From: Acaryochloris marina S15
GTDB taxonomy: Bacteria > Cyanobacteriota > Cyanobacteriia > Thermosynechococcales > Thermosynechococcaceae
Assembly (NCBI RefSeq): GCF_018336915.1
Contig: NZ_CP064923.1
Coordinates: 3,090,001-3,122,000 of the forward strand
Length of the DNA stretch: 32,000 nt
Direction of reading: 5' to 3'
Below, one piece after another: positions 7,445-14,642 of the stretch. The notes under the pieces were generated by a model. That model ran no database searches, was not told the origin of the DNA, and saw only the letters and a list, made by a program, of their open reading frames with translations. The position numbers were made by a program, and so were the translations under genes. Positions within the stretch are counted from its first letter, which is position 1; each line of letters opens with the position of its first letter.

Positions 7445-7543
7445 TGGTGGGCCGCCTAGGGGATATACGCGAAGCGGCTCCGAAGGAGCTACCTAGATCT
7501 ATCCGCTTAAAAGGCGGCTGCATATTCGCTCTGCCAACGGCCC
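7445..7543 (-). tRNA. tRNA-Lys(UUU)-like with 24-nt T-loop module
   Basis: Acceptor GGGCCGT/GCGGCCC followed by encoded ACCA; 3-bp D stem GCA/TGC; same anticodon stem as the neighbouring Lys(CUU), with loop CTTTTAA. Perfect T stem CTAGG/CCTAG encloses TAGCTCCTTCGGAGCCGCTTCGCG+TATATCC. It abuts the Lys(CUU) gene with no spacer. Confidence 0.65.
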
Positions 7544-7576
7544 ATTAGTCTTTTGAGCTATATCAGCTTCATAGTT

Positions 7577-7625
7577 CCCTAACAGATCAATGGAGAGGAA
7601 GGCCCCTCCATTGATCTGTTAGGGG
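7577..7625. repeat. long inter-tRNA hairpin (about 19-bp perfect stem)
   Basis: CCCTAACAGATCAATGGAG ... CTCCATTGATCTGTTAGGG around a GC-rich centre. Neither strand has a flanking U-tract. Confidence 0.8.
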
Positions 7626-7630
7626 CTCAG

Positions 7631-7704
7631 TCCGGGTGGCAGGATTTGAACCTGCGACATCCTGGTCCCAAACCAGGCGCGCTACCAAACTGCGCTACAC
7701 CCGG
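7631..7704 (-). tRNA. tRNA-Pro(UGG)
   Basis: Acceptor CCGGGTG/CACCCGG (C1-G72, typical of bacterial Pro); D stem GCGC/GCGC; anticodon stem CCTGG/CCAGG with loop TTTGGGA; T arm GCAGG-TTCAAAT-CCTGC. Confidence 0.9.
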
Positions 7705-7709
7705 ATATC

Positions 7710-7787
7710 TGGTACTCCCGACAGGAGTTGAACCTGCAAAAACTCTGTCTCTCAAACAGAGGCGTTTACCAATTTCGCCACGGGAGC
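7710..7787 (-). tRNA. tRNA-Leu(GAG), class-I architecture (no long variable arm)
   Basis: Acceptor GCTCCCG/CGGGAGT followed by encoded ACCA; Leu-type D arm TGGCGAAATTGGTAAACGCC; anticodon stem TCTGT/ACAGA with loop TTGAGAG; only 6 nt between the anticodon and T stems; T arm GCAGG-TTCAACT-CCTGT. Confidence 0.7.
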
Positions 7788-7791
7788 ACAA

Positions 7792-7865
<74 letters not shown>

Positions 7866-7917
7866 ATAAAAGGAATTTAGAGTTAGAAATTCAAAGATGA
7901 GTTCTTTAAATTTCTAG

Positions 7918-7991
7918 TACTCCTGGTGGGAATCGAACCCACAACCTCTAGTTTTTGAGACCAGTGCCTCTTCCAATTGGGCTACAGGAGT
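7918..7991 (-). tRNA. tRNA-Leu(CAA), class-I architecture
   Basis: Paralog of 7792-7865 with the same acceptor and T stem. Anticodon stem CTGGT/ACTAG with loop CTCAAAA; 5-nt variable region. Confidence 0.7.
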
Positions 7992-8057
7992 AAATTGAGA
8001 AATCAGGCAGGCCTGACAGGTTAACGGAAACAAGGGGTGAACTCACCCTATTCCCGA

Positions 8058-8131
8058 TACTCCTGGTGGGAGTCGAACCCACAACAAACTGTGTTTAAGA
8101 CAGTTGCGTCTGCCAATTGCGCCACAGGAGT
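8058..8131 (-). tRNA. tRNA-Leu(UAA), class-I architecture
   Basis: Same acceptor ACTCCTG/CAGGAGT; D arm TGGCGCAATTGGCAGACGCA (GCG/CGC stem, Leu-like); anticodon stem ACTGT/ACAGT with loop CTTAAAC; variable region TTGTT; T arm GTGGG-TTCGACT-CCCAC. Confidence 0.7.
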
Positions 8132-8187
8132 AGTAAAAGGAGGCGTGAATAGACCCAGGCGATAGGTTTTGTTTCAACGGCCTCCAA

Positions 8188-8259
8188 CTGTCCCACCAGG
8201 ATTCGAACCTAGAATTTCGCTGTCAAAGAGCGAAGTGTTGCCAGTTACACCACAGGACA
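8188..8259 (-). tRNA. tRNA-Gln(UUG)
   Basis: Acceptor TGTCCTG/TGGGACA (U1-A72) with G73; D stem GTGT/ACAC; anticodon stem TCGCT/AGCGA with loop CTTTGAC; T arm CTAGG-TTCGAAT-CCTGG. Confidence 0.85.
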
Positions 8260-8270
8260 ATAAAAGATAG

Positions 8271-8342
8271 ATGCCGAGGTAGGATTCGCACCTACACCCT
8301 CCTGATTCAGAGTCAGGCGACTTGCGATTCGTCCACTCGGCA
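8271..8342 (-). tRNA. tRNA-Gln(CUG)
   Basis: Perfect acceptor TGCCGAG/CTCGGCA (U1-A72); anticodon stem CCTGA/TCAGG with loop CTCTGAA; T arm GTAGG-TGCGAAT-CCTAC. Confidence 0.8.
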
Positions 8343-8348
8343 AAGAAT

Positions 8349-8424
8349 TGGCTGCCCCGGCAGGGATTGAACCTGCGACCGTTCGCTTAACAGGCGACCG
8401 CTACTACCACTGAGCTACAGGGCA
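8349..8424 (-). tRNA. tRNA-Asn(GUU)
   Basis: Acceptor TGCCCTG/CGGGGCA followed by encoded GCCA; anticodon stem GTCGC/GCGAA with loop CTGTTAA; T arm GCAGG-TTCAATC-CCTGC. Confidence 0.85.
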
Positions 8425-8431
8425 ACGACAG

Positions 8432-8553
8432 CTCCCCAGGTCGGTTTTGGTCGCGAAGCATCTCCGAATGAGAAACTGGCGACCTCCTGCACTAAGCCCT
8501 TCGGGTAGGCTGCGCCAACACACAGGCGCTACTACCTCTGAGCTACCGGGGGA
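8432..8553 (-). ncRNA. aberrant tRNA-like gene: 8-nt anticodon-position loop, long extra arm, T-loop module
   Basis: The 5' part TCCCCCGGTAGCTCAGAGGTAGTAGC is tRNA-like. Stem GCGCC/GGCGC closes the loop TGTGTGTT. An extra hairpin follows around CCCGAAGGG. The module TTTCTCATTCGGAGATGCTTCGCG+ACCAAAA is present, but the T-stem and acceptor registers are ambiguous. Confidence 0.4.
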
Positions 8554-8579
8554 CAAAACAACCGATGGGTTGTCTAAAG

Positions 8580-8653
8580 CGAGAACGGAAGGACTTGAAC
8601 CCTCAATCTTCAAGTTCGTAGCCTGAGATGTTATCCAGTTACACCACGTTCTC
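8580..8653 (-). tRNA. tRNA-Arg(ACG)
   Basis: Perfect acceptor GAGAACG/CGTTCTC; D stem GTGT/ACAT; anticodon stem TCAGG/CTTGA with loop CTACGAA; T arm GAGGG-TTCAAGT-CCTTC. Confidence 0.85.
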
Positions 8654-8657
8654 AAAA

Positions 8658-8743
8658 CGGAGAGGACAGGATTCGAACCTGCAACGGTCTTAAACCGTAC
8701 TCCCTTAGCAGGGGAGCGCTTTTCCCCACTCAGCCACCTCTCC
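8658..8743 (-). tRNA. tRNA-Ser(GCU)
   Basis: Perfect acceptor GGAGAGG/CCTCTCC; anticodon stem CTCCC/GGGAG with loop CTGCTAA; long variable arm TACGGTTTAAGACCGTT; T arm GCAGG-TTCGAAT-CCTGT. Confidence 0.9.
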
Positions 8744-8796
8744 AAAAGCTATTGCTGAGTGATAAGTACTACAAGCTGCCAACTTGTAATACAAAC

Positions 8797-8881
8797 TGGT
8801 AGTTCGGGCAGGAATTGAACCTGCAACACAATAAGCGGCTGCTTTACAGGCAGTTGCCCACACCAGTAGGCGAGCCGACCT
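8797..8881 (-). tRNA. tRNA-Tyr(GUA)
   Basis: Acceptor AGGTCGG/CCGAACT (one mismatch) followed by encoded ACCA; anticodon stem CTGC/GCAG with loop CTGTAAA; 13-nt variable arm (class II, as in bacterial Tyr); T arm GCAGG-TTCAATT-CCTGC. Confidence 0.75.
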
Positions 8882-8886
8882 ATGTT

Positions 8887-8963
8887 TGGGAGTGGCGACA
8901 GGATTTGAACCCGCAATCACCTGGGTGAAAACCAAGCTGCTTAAACCATTTGCATACGCCACT
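8887..8963 (-). tRNA. tRNA-Glu(UUC)
   Basis: Perfect acceptor AGTGGCG/CGCCACT followed by encoded CCCA; anticodon stem CTTGG/CCAGG with loop TTTTCAC; T arm GCGGG-TTCAAAT-CCTGT. Confidence 0.8.
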
Positions 8964-8970
8964 TTGGTAT

Positions 8971-8996
8971 TTGCCTGAACCGATGGATTCAGGCAA
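8971..8996. repeat. inter-tRNA hairpin (9-bp perfect stem)
   Basis: TTGCCTGAA-CCGATGGA-TTCAGGCAA, located between tRNA-Glu and tRNA-Trp. Confidence 0.75.
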
Positions 8997-9067
8997 CACG
9001 GAGACTAGGATTTGAACCTAGAACATCAGCTTTGGAGACTGAGGTGTTGCCATTACACCATCCCCGC
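8997..9067 (-). tRNA. tRNA-Trp(CCA)
   Basis: Acceptor GCGGGGA/TCTCCGT (two G-U pairs) with G73; D stem GTGT/ACAC; anticodon stem TCAGT/GCTGA with loop CTCCAAA; T arm CTAGG-TTCAAAT-CCTAG. Confidence 0.8.
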
Positions 9068-9072
9068 AAAGG

Positions 9073-9144
9073 TAGCAGTGACAGGACTCGAACCTGCATC
9101 TTCTCGGTTATGAGCCGAGTACCTTGCCGTTAGGTTACACTGCG
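9073..9144 (-). tRNA. tRNA-Met(CAU), possibly initiator-like (unpaired 1:72)
   Basis: The 5' end CGCAGTG pairs with CACTGCT leaving a C1/U72 mismatch. Anticodon stem CTCGG/CCGAG with loop CTCATAA; T arm GCAGG-TTCGAGT-CCTGT. Confidence 0.7.
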
Positions 9145-9149
9145 TCGTT

Positions 9150-9224
9150 TGGAGTCCAGGGTGGGAGTTAAACCCACGATTTCCGGCTTTGCAGACCGAC
9201 GCTTTATCCCTTAGCTACCTGGAC
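9150..9224 (-). tRNA. tRNA-Cys(GCA)
   Basis: Perfect acceptor GTCCAGG/CCTGGAC with U73 (a Cys identity element) and encoded CCA; anticodon loop CTGCAAA; T arm GTGGG-TTTAACT-CCCAC. Confidence 0.8.
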
Positions 9225-9227
9225 TTG

Positions 9228-9255
9228 TGGCCTATAGCGATTTGCTATTAGGCCA
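9228..9255. repeat. inter-tRNA hairpin (stem of about 11 bp)
   Basis: TGGCCTATAGC-GATTT-GCTATTAGGCCA, with one bulged T. Confidence 0.65.
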
Positions 9256-9262
9256 AATTCAG

Positions 9263-9336
9263 AAGTCTCGACGGGAGTTGCACCCGCTTCTCCTTGGCTG
9301 AGAACCAAAGCGACTTATCTAATCGTCCACGAGACT
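9263..9336 (-). tRNA. tRNA-Glu(CUC)
   Basis: Perfect acceptor AGTCTCG/CGAGACT; anticodon stem TTTGG/CCAAG with loop TTCTCAG; T arm GCGGG-TGCAACT-CCCGT. Confidence 0.75.
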
Positions 9337-9339
9337 ATA

Positions 9340-9414
9340 CGGGGGAGACGGGATTTGAACCCGCGACCTTTCGCTCGACAGGCGACTGCTCTAGACCCAC
9401 TGAGCTACACCCCC
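9340..9414 (-). tRNA. tRNA-Asp(GUC)
   Basis: Acceptor GGGGGTG/CTCCCCC (one mismatch) with G73; D stem GCTC/GAGC; anticodon stem GTCGC/GCGAA with loop CTGTCGA; T arm GCGGG-TTCAAAT-CCCGT. Confidence 0.85.
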
Positions 9415-9490
9415 AAATGTGGAAAATATTCAGTTTTCAAGGTTCAGAAGTTGATTGGCTGTAGTAGCTCGTTTCAACTGCATTACATTT

Positions 9491-9519
9491 ATACTACAAA
9501 TATACTACAGAAATGTCAA
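9491..9519 (-). promoter_or_regulatory. candidate sigma70-type promoter of the tRNA operon
   Basis: The minus strand reads TTGACA (9519-9514), a 17-nt spacer, then TAGTAT (9496-9491), about 75 nt upstream of the first tRNA (Asp). The -10 element is one of three direct TGTAGTAT repeats. Confidence 0.5.
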
Positions 9520-9615
9520 GGGCATACTACAAGTTTTTTTGACTTTCTTTTGAGCAATTAAGTTTGAGAGAGAGCAAACCCATAGAATGAGCTAAAATAC
9601 TCCCTCTCAAGGATC

Positions 9616-10005
9616 TTAATCGACAACTACCGTTGTTAGGGCCTGATCAGCAGCTTGCCAGAGACGACGAAGAATTAACTCCGTCTCATAGTCATAGGCG
9701 GCTAAGAACATCCCCTCATGAGCTTGGGCAGTCTGTGCCATCCAGGTCCCAGAAAGGTTAACTTCGACATATTCCGCATCCACACGAGCAATCTCTAGGG
9801 TTTTGTCATATTGGCGAAGTGCCGTTTCTAAAGCACCCAAACCAGGGGTCAACACTGGGAGTAGGAAAGAAGCCTGTCCCATTTCAATATGGAGGGTTAG
9901 GCCGGTACGGACGGTGAGAACAACATGGTGAGAAACAACGGTTTCTAAGGAATCCCCTACATATTCCATATGCAGTCCCAAGTCGGTATAGATCAGTTTC
10001 AGCAT
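9616..10005 (-). CDS. hypothetical protein (129 aa from MLKLIYTD)
   Basis: The longer ORF-track version (to 10113) overlaps the 3' end of the HNH gene. The internal ATG at 10005 gives a compact arrangement just downstream of the HNH stop. No family recognised. Confidence 0.5.
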   Translation of the reverse strand: MLKLIYTDLGLHMEYVGDSLETVVSHHVVLTVRTGLTLHIEMGQASFLLPVLTPGLGALETALRQYDKTLEIARVDAEYVEVNLSGTWMAQTAQAHEGMFLAAYDYETELILRRLWQAADQALTTVVVD

Positions 10006-10063
10006 GGTGGACTGTCTCCAAAAAATTCTGAGTTGTAGTCGGAGAACTGGGACGGCCCAGCCC

Positions 10064-10582
10064 TTAATGCATAGCGGTTTCTTGGCTTTTCCAAAACTGG
10101 TCTGCAAAGGCAACAGCCGGATGGATGGGGGCCTTGGGTTTGGTCTGCAAGGTCATCCCTGCCTGGGTTGGCGTTCGGTCGCTTTTTGAGGAGTTACAAG
10201 GCTCACAGGCAGCGACGACGTTGTCCCAGGTATGCAATCCACCCTTAGACCGGGGAATGACGTGATCCAAGGTGAGTCGGCGATGGCTACCGCAATATTG
10301 GCAGCGATGCTGATCTCGTTTAAGGACCTCGCGGCGGTTGACGGGAGGGATTTTCCACATCCGCCCTGGGTTCCCCATCAGCAGGCGGATATGCTCCGAT
10401 ACCTGCAAGACCTGATTGGGCGATCGCACTTCCCATACCTGGGTATTGCCAAAATCGAGAGACTCAGCTTGACCCGTTATCAGAAGAACAATGGCGCGCT
10501 TGATATTGATCCGGGCCAGGGGCAAGTAGGCTTTAGAAAAGACGACCACGGAGTTTTGGAGAATAGGCTGGATAACGGTCAT
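10064..10582 (-). CDS. HNH endonuclease
   Basis: 172 aa with the HNH core CQYCG....LTLDHVIPRSKGG..TWDNVVAACEPCNSSK. GAGGAG lies upstream of the ATG. Confidence 0.85.
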   Translation of the reverse strand: MTVIQPILQNSVVVFSKAYLPLARINIKRAIVLLITGQAESLDFGNTQVWEVRSPNQVLQVSEHIRLLMGNPGRMWKIPPVNRREVLKRDQHRCQYCGSHRRLTLDHVIPRSKGGLHTWDNVVAACEPCNSSKSDRTPTQAGMTLQTKPKAPIHPAVAFADQFWKSQETAMH

Positions 10583-10593
10583 GGATCACTCCT

Positions 10594-10634
10594 CAATAAA
10601 AGAACCCCCGCTCTGGGTGTCAGAGCGGGGGTTC
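10594..10634 (-). terminator. rho-independent terminator
   Basis: Perfect 14-bp stem GAACCCCCGCTCTG/CAGAGCGGGGGTTC with a 5-nt loop, followed on the minus strand by TTTTATT. It lies downstream of the 10660-10998 ORF. Confidence 0.75.
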
Positions 10635-10659
10635 AGCAAAGTTTGGGTAAGGCTTGCTG

Positions 10660-10998
10660 TTATGTCGGTGCTGGGGCGCACCTACCGCTCTGGATGATTG
10701 GATCTTGATATAGTCCACCTAAAATGGTTTCCCAATTTCTGCCTTCCGGGAGACTGCAGACTATGTTTGTCAAAGCCTCAAAGCCAAATTGCATCGCTGC
10801 ACCAGCAACGGAACGTTGCGAGGGGCGATGGAGGTTGGCTGAGGTAAGTCTGCGTTTCATTTGAAGGGTTCGATCCAAAGCGGATGAAATACTACGTTTG
10901 TAGTACCAAATCTCGCACAGGTTTTTGGCTTCGTCAAGGGTTTTGGCAAAATTTTCTATTTTGGGTGGAGAAAAGAAAGCCTTGACCTTGAGATTCAC
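10660..10998 (-). CDS. hypothetical protein
   Basis: 112-aa ORF with a non-ATG start. A strong terminator follows it. No family recognised. Confidence 0.4.
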   Translation of the reverse strand: MNLKVKAFFSPPKIENFAKTLDEAKNLCEIWYYKRSISSALDRTLQMKRRLTSANLHRPSQRSVAGAAMQFGFEALTNIVCSLPEGRNWETILGGLYQDPIIQSGRCAPAPT

Positions 10999-11076
10999 GC
11001 TAGTATCAATGCGGATTGCCTTTTGTATCGGATCTAGAAAAAGCTAGATGGTATAAGGCATTGACCTACTCAAAAA

Positions 11077-12648
11077 ATGCAAGTGATGATTCTTGAGCCT
11101 TTGGTGACTCAACCCGATACTTCTATCGCAGATGCGGTGGCAATTTTATATCAAGCGGAAGCCAACTACTTAGTGGTGGTTGATGAACAAGTTCCTGTGG
11201 GTGTGGTTTGCGATCGCACCCTAGTTACCGCCCTAGCCACTGAACTTGACTTGTCTGCAACTGCAGTCCAATCCGTAATGGCCCCACTGCCCACCTTGCC
11301 TTTAGACCAAGCCGACAACTTAGCAGTAGTCACTCAAGTCATGCAAACTGAGGGCAGTTCTTACATTGCCCTCGTGGATCAAGCGTCCCATCTCCAAGGG
11401 CTCGTCTCATCAGACACCCTCATCCAACAAACCTCATCGCCCCCTCTCTCCGATGATGTCGCCACCCTGCAACAGCGAATCAAGGAATTAGAAAATCAGG
11501 TCAGCGATCGCCAATTATTAGAAGCCAAGCTACGCAGCTCAGAAGGCAAAATTCGGGCTGTGTTTGAGGCTATGAAAGACTTAGTGTTTGTCTGTGATGT
11601 TGATGAGGGAGAAATTAGCAATATCGAAGTTGCTCCCACCAGCTCCAGTGAAGGCAGTGAACCAGATGCCGAGCTGATCAGTTACACCATTAATGAGCTA
11701 TGGCAAGACCCTGAACAACAATGGTCCCACATTATTCAGGAAGCTATTAAAACCCAGCAGACCGTCAACTTTGATTATCAATTGATGATTGATGAAGAAC
11801 CTGTCTGGTTTACCGCGAGTGTCTCTCCCCTTCTAGATAGCTCAGTTGTCTGGGTGGCTCGTAATGTCACCGAACAAAAAGACTCCGTCGTCTGGGTCGC
11901 CCGCAATATCACCGAGCGGAAGCACTTCGAACATGAACTTCAACAGCTAAATGAAGAGCTAGAACGATCAAATAGAGAGCTAGAACAGTTTGCCTACGTG
12001 GCCTCCCATGATTTACAGGAACCCCTCCGCATGGTGACTAGTTTTACCCAGTTATTGGGACAAAACTATGCGGGACAGCTCGATGAGCAGGCCGACCAAA
12101 TTATTGGCTTTGCGGTGGACGGAGCGACTCGTATGCAGCAGCTCATCCAAGATTTACTCAGCTATTCTCGGGTCGGTACCCAGGCCAAAATCTTGGAAAC
12201 GGTAGATTGCAATCAAATTGTGGAAAGCGCGATCGCAAATCTGCAGCTCTCTATCCAAGAAAGTGGGGCAACCCTAGACTGTTCCCCTTTGCCCACACTG
12301 CAAACCAATCCCCGCCAACTCACTCAACTCTTCCAAAATTTAATCGGCAATGCTCTGAAATATCGAGGAGAACGAGTCCCCGCCATTGAAATCAACTACC
12401 AACAACAGGGAAAAAACTATCTTTTTTGGGTGAAAGACAATGGGATTGGGATTGAGTCTAAACATGCTGATCGGGTGTTTATGGTCTTTCAGCGCTTACA
12501 TACTCGCCAAGAATATTCCGGTACGGGCATTGGCTTAGCAATTTGCAAAAAAATAATTGATCAGCAAGGTGGCAAAATCTGGGTAGAGTCAGAAGTCGAT
12601 CAAGGCTCAACATTTTTCTTCACATTGCCTATTGAATCTGCCAGTTGA
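11077..12648 (+). CDS. sensor histidine kinase (CBS - coiled coil - PAS - HisKA - HATPase_c)
   Basis: CBS-like N-terminus; H-box FAYVASHDLQEPLR; N, G1 and G2 boxes (NLIGNALKY, DNGIGI, GTGIGLAICKKI). Confidence 0.9.
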   Translation: MQVMILEPLVTQPDTSIADAVAILYQAEANYLVVVDEQVPVGVVCDRTLVTALATELDLSATAVQSVMAPLPTLPLDQADNLAVVTQVMQTEGSSYIALVDQASHLQGLVSSDTLIQQTSSPPLSDDVATLQQRIKELENQVSDRQLLEAKLRSSEGKIRAVFEAMKDLVFVCDVDEGEISNIEVAPTSSSEGSEPDAELISYTINELWQDPEQQWSHIIQEAIKTQQTVNFDYQLMIDEEPVWFTASVSPLLDSSVVWVARNVTEQKDSVVWVARNITERKHFEHELQQLNEELERSNRELEQFAYVASHDLQEPLRMVTSFTQLLGQNYAGQLDEQADQIIGFAVDGATRMQQLIQDLLSYSRVGTQAKILETVDCNQIVESAIANLQLSIQESGATLDCSPLPTLQTNPRQLTQLFQNLIGNALKYRGERVPAIEINYQQQGKNYLFWVKDNGIGIESKHADRVFMVFQRLHTRQEYSGTGIGLAICKKIIDQQGGKIWVESEVDQGSTFFFTLPIESAS

Positions 12649-12873
12649 AGGGCAGTATTCTAGGAGGCAGACGAATATTAACCTAGGGCTTGTGTGAAGA
12701 TTAATACTCCGGCAAGCTGTAGTGACTGTTGAGGTAAAAAATTCTTTTTTTTAGGTAAAGCGACTGACAAAAGTAGGATTTTGTTTGCCAACTGTGCAAA
12801 TTTCAGTGGGAATTGTGCAACCTAGATACAACTCAAAAGGCAATCGTCTATCAATTTTTGAACCGTTGTTTCG

Positions 12874-13302
12874 ATGGAAACGAATCCCATTGACATTCTC
12901 CTCGTAGAAGATAACCCCGGCGATGTATTTTTAATCACTCGGATGTTGGAAGCAAGCTCCCTGCAATACACGTTGCATCGGGTTGACAATGGCAAATCTG
13001 CTACGGATTTCCTACGAAATCTGCGTTCCTATGAGCAGGCTCCTTTCCCTCAATTGATTTTGCTTGATTTAAACCTACCGATTATGAACGGAAAAGAGGT
13101 CTTGGCAGACATTAAAACTGACCAGAAATTAAAACACATCCCTGTTATAGTGCTTTCTACCTCCAATGCCCCTGAGGATATTGAAGAAAGCTATCGGCTC
13201 AATGCAGATTATTATGTCACTAAGCCTAGTAGTTTTCATGAATTCGCTGGAAAAGCGCAGGATATTCAAGATTTTTGGTTGCAATGGCAAGGACGTAATT
13301 AA
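12874..13302 (+). CDS. single-domain response regulator (CheY/Rcp1-like receiver)
   Basis: ILLVEDNPGDVFL, LILLDLNLP (phospho-acceptor Asp), VIVLSTS, KP. Confidence 0.9.
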   Translation: METNPIDILLVEDNPGDVFLITRMLEASSLQYTLHRVDNGKSATDFLRNLRSYEQAPFPQLILLDLNLPIMNGKEVLADIKTDQKLKHIPVIVLSTSNAPEDIEESYRLNADYYVTKPSSFHEFAGKAQDIQDFWLQWQGRN

Positions 13303-13352
13303 TAAACCTATTCACCACTCATAAAGGAATGTCTACCTCCTCTTAGGAAATA

Positions 13353-14624
13353 ATGGCCAAGTCACTCAAATCGAAGCGATCTAAACCCGAACAAGAGGGA
13401 AAACTTTCCTCCACATCTTCACCCCAGGAAGATGGGACTATCCGCGTGTTGCTGGTTGAGGATAATCCTGGGGATGCCTTTTTGATTCAGGGCATGTTGG
13501 GGGTCAAGCGGAGCGAAGATGCACTTCAATATGAAATCACCCATGTCGATAAGCTTGAGGATGCCTTGCAAACTCTGACCCAAAAAGAATTTGGCGTTGT
13601 TTTGCTGGATTTGTCCTTGCCGGACAGTCATGGGTTAACCACCTTAGAGAAAGTAGTGGCCCAAAGTCCCATTGTCCCGATTGTGGTGTTCACGGGTTTA
13701 GATGACGAGACGGTGGCCATGCAAGCCGTTCAACAAGGTGCCCAAGATTTCTTAGTGAAAGGTCAAGTGACCCCAGGCTCCTTAATTCATGCCATTCGAT
13801 ATTCTATTGAACGCCAACAAAATGAGCTGGCTCTCAAGCAAAAAACCATTGAATTAGAACGTGTCAATAAAGAACTTCGTAAACGGTCTTTAGAGCTAGA
13901 AGCGGCCAACACTGAACTCGAAGCCTTTAACTATACTGTCTCCCATGATCTGCGCAATCCTTTAACTGGGATTAAAACAGGCTGCGCCTTGCTGACAGCC
14001 TATATGGGGGATGAAGATCCCAGACTCCAAAAATATTTGGGCACAATACAAGACTATACGCGGCACATGGCCACCTTACTAGAAGGGCTCCTACAGCTAT
14101 CGAATATAGGCCGTAACCCGATCCAGGCCCAGGTGGTTAATTTAAGCTCTACCGTACAAACTATTGCTAGACAGCTCCTGCAGCAAGAACCCAAACGGAA
14201 TGTCAAATTCGTCATTGAACCCCAAGTTAGTGTAGAGGGGGATACCCATCTGCTCTGGGTTGCCCTCGAAAATGTATTGGGAAATGCCTGGAAATATACT
14301 GGGGCACTAGATCACGCCCAAATAGAGTTTGGTAAAACCACCCTCAACCATGTGAGTCGGGAACCCCTGAATGCGGCAGAGACCATTGCCCCCAACCAGC
14401 CCATTTATTTTGTCCGGGACAATGGGGCTGGGTTTGATCTGAACCAAGCCGATCGGATCTTTTTGCCCTTCCAACGACTCACCAATTCTGAAGACTTTTC
14501 GGGTAGCGGGATTGGCCTCTCGACGGTGCAACGCATCATCCACTGCCATGGTGGGCAAATTTGGTTCGATGCAGTGGTAAATCAAGGTGCTACATTTTAT
14601 TGGACCCTGGCCCACAAACAATAA
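13353..14624 (+). CDS. hybrid receiver - histidine kinase
   Basis: N-terminal receiver (VLLVEDNPGDAFL, VLLDLSLPD), then the H-box FNYTVSHDLRNPL and an HATPase_c domain (NAWKY, DNGAGF, GSGIGLSTVQRI). Confidence 0.9.
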   Translation: MAKSLKSKRSKPEQEGKLSSTSSPQEDGTIRVLLVEDNPGDAFLIQGMLGVKRSEDALQYEITHVDKLEDALQTLTQKEFGVVLLDLSLPDSHGLTTLEKVVAQSPIVPIVVFTGLDDETVAMQAVQQGAQDFLVKGQVTPGSLIHAIRYSIERQQNELALKQKTIELERVNKELRKRSLELEAANTELEAFNYTVSHDLRNPLTGIKTGCALLTAYMGDEDPRLQKYLGTIQDYTRHMATLLEGLLQLSNIGRNPIQAQVVNLSSTVQTIARQLLQQEPKRNVKFVIEPQVSVEGDTHLLWVALENVLGNAWKYTGALDHAQIEFGKTTLNHVSREPLNAAETIAPNQPIYFVRDNGAGFDLNQADRIFLPFQRLTNSEDFSGSGIGLSTVQRIIHCHGGQIWFDAVVNQGATFYWTLAHKQ

Positions 14625-14642
14625 GCTCCAGGGTGCGCCCAT

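Noticed and set aside
10006-10113. Upstream extension of ORF 9616-10113
   Set aside because: It overlaps the 3' end of the HNH gene by 50 nt in another frame. The ATG at 10005 (MLKLIYTD) gives a non-overlapping, more plausible gene.
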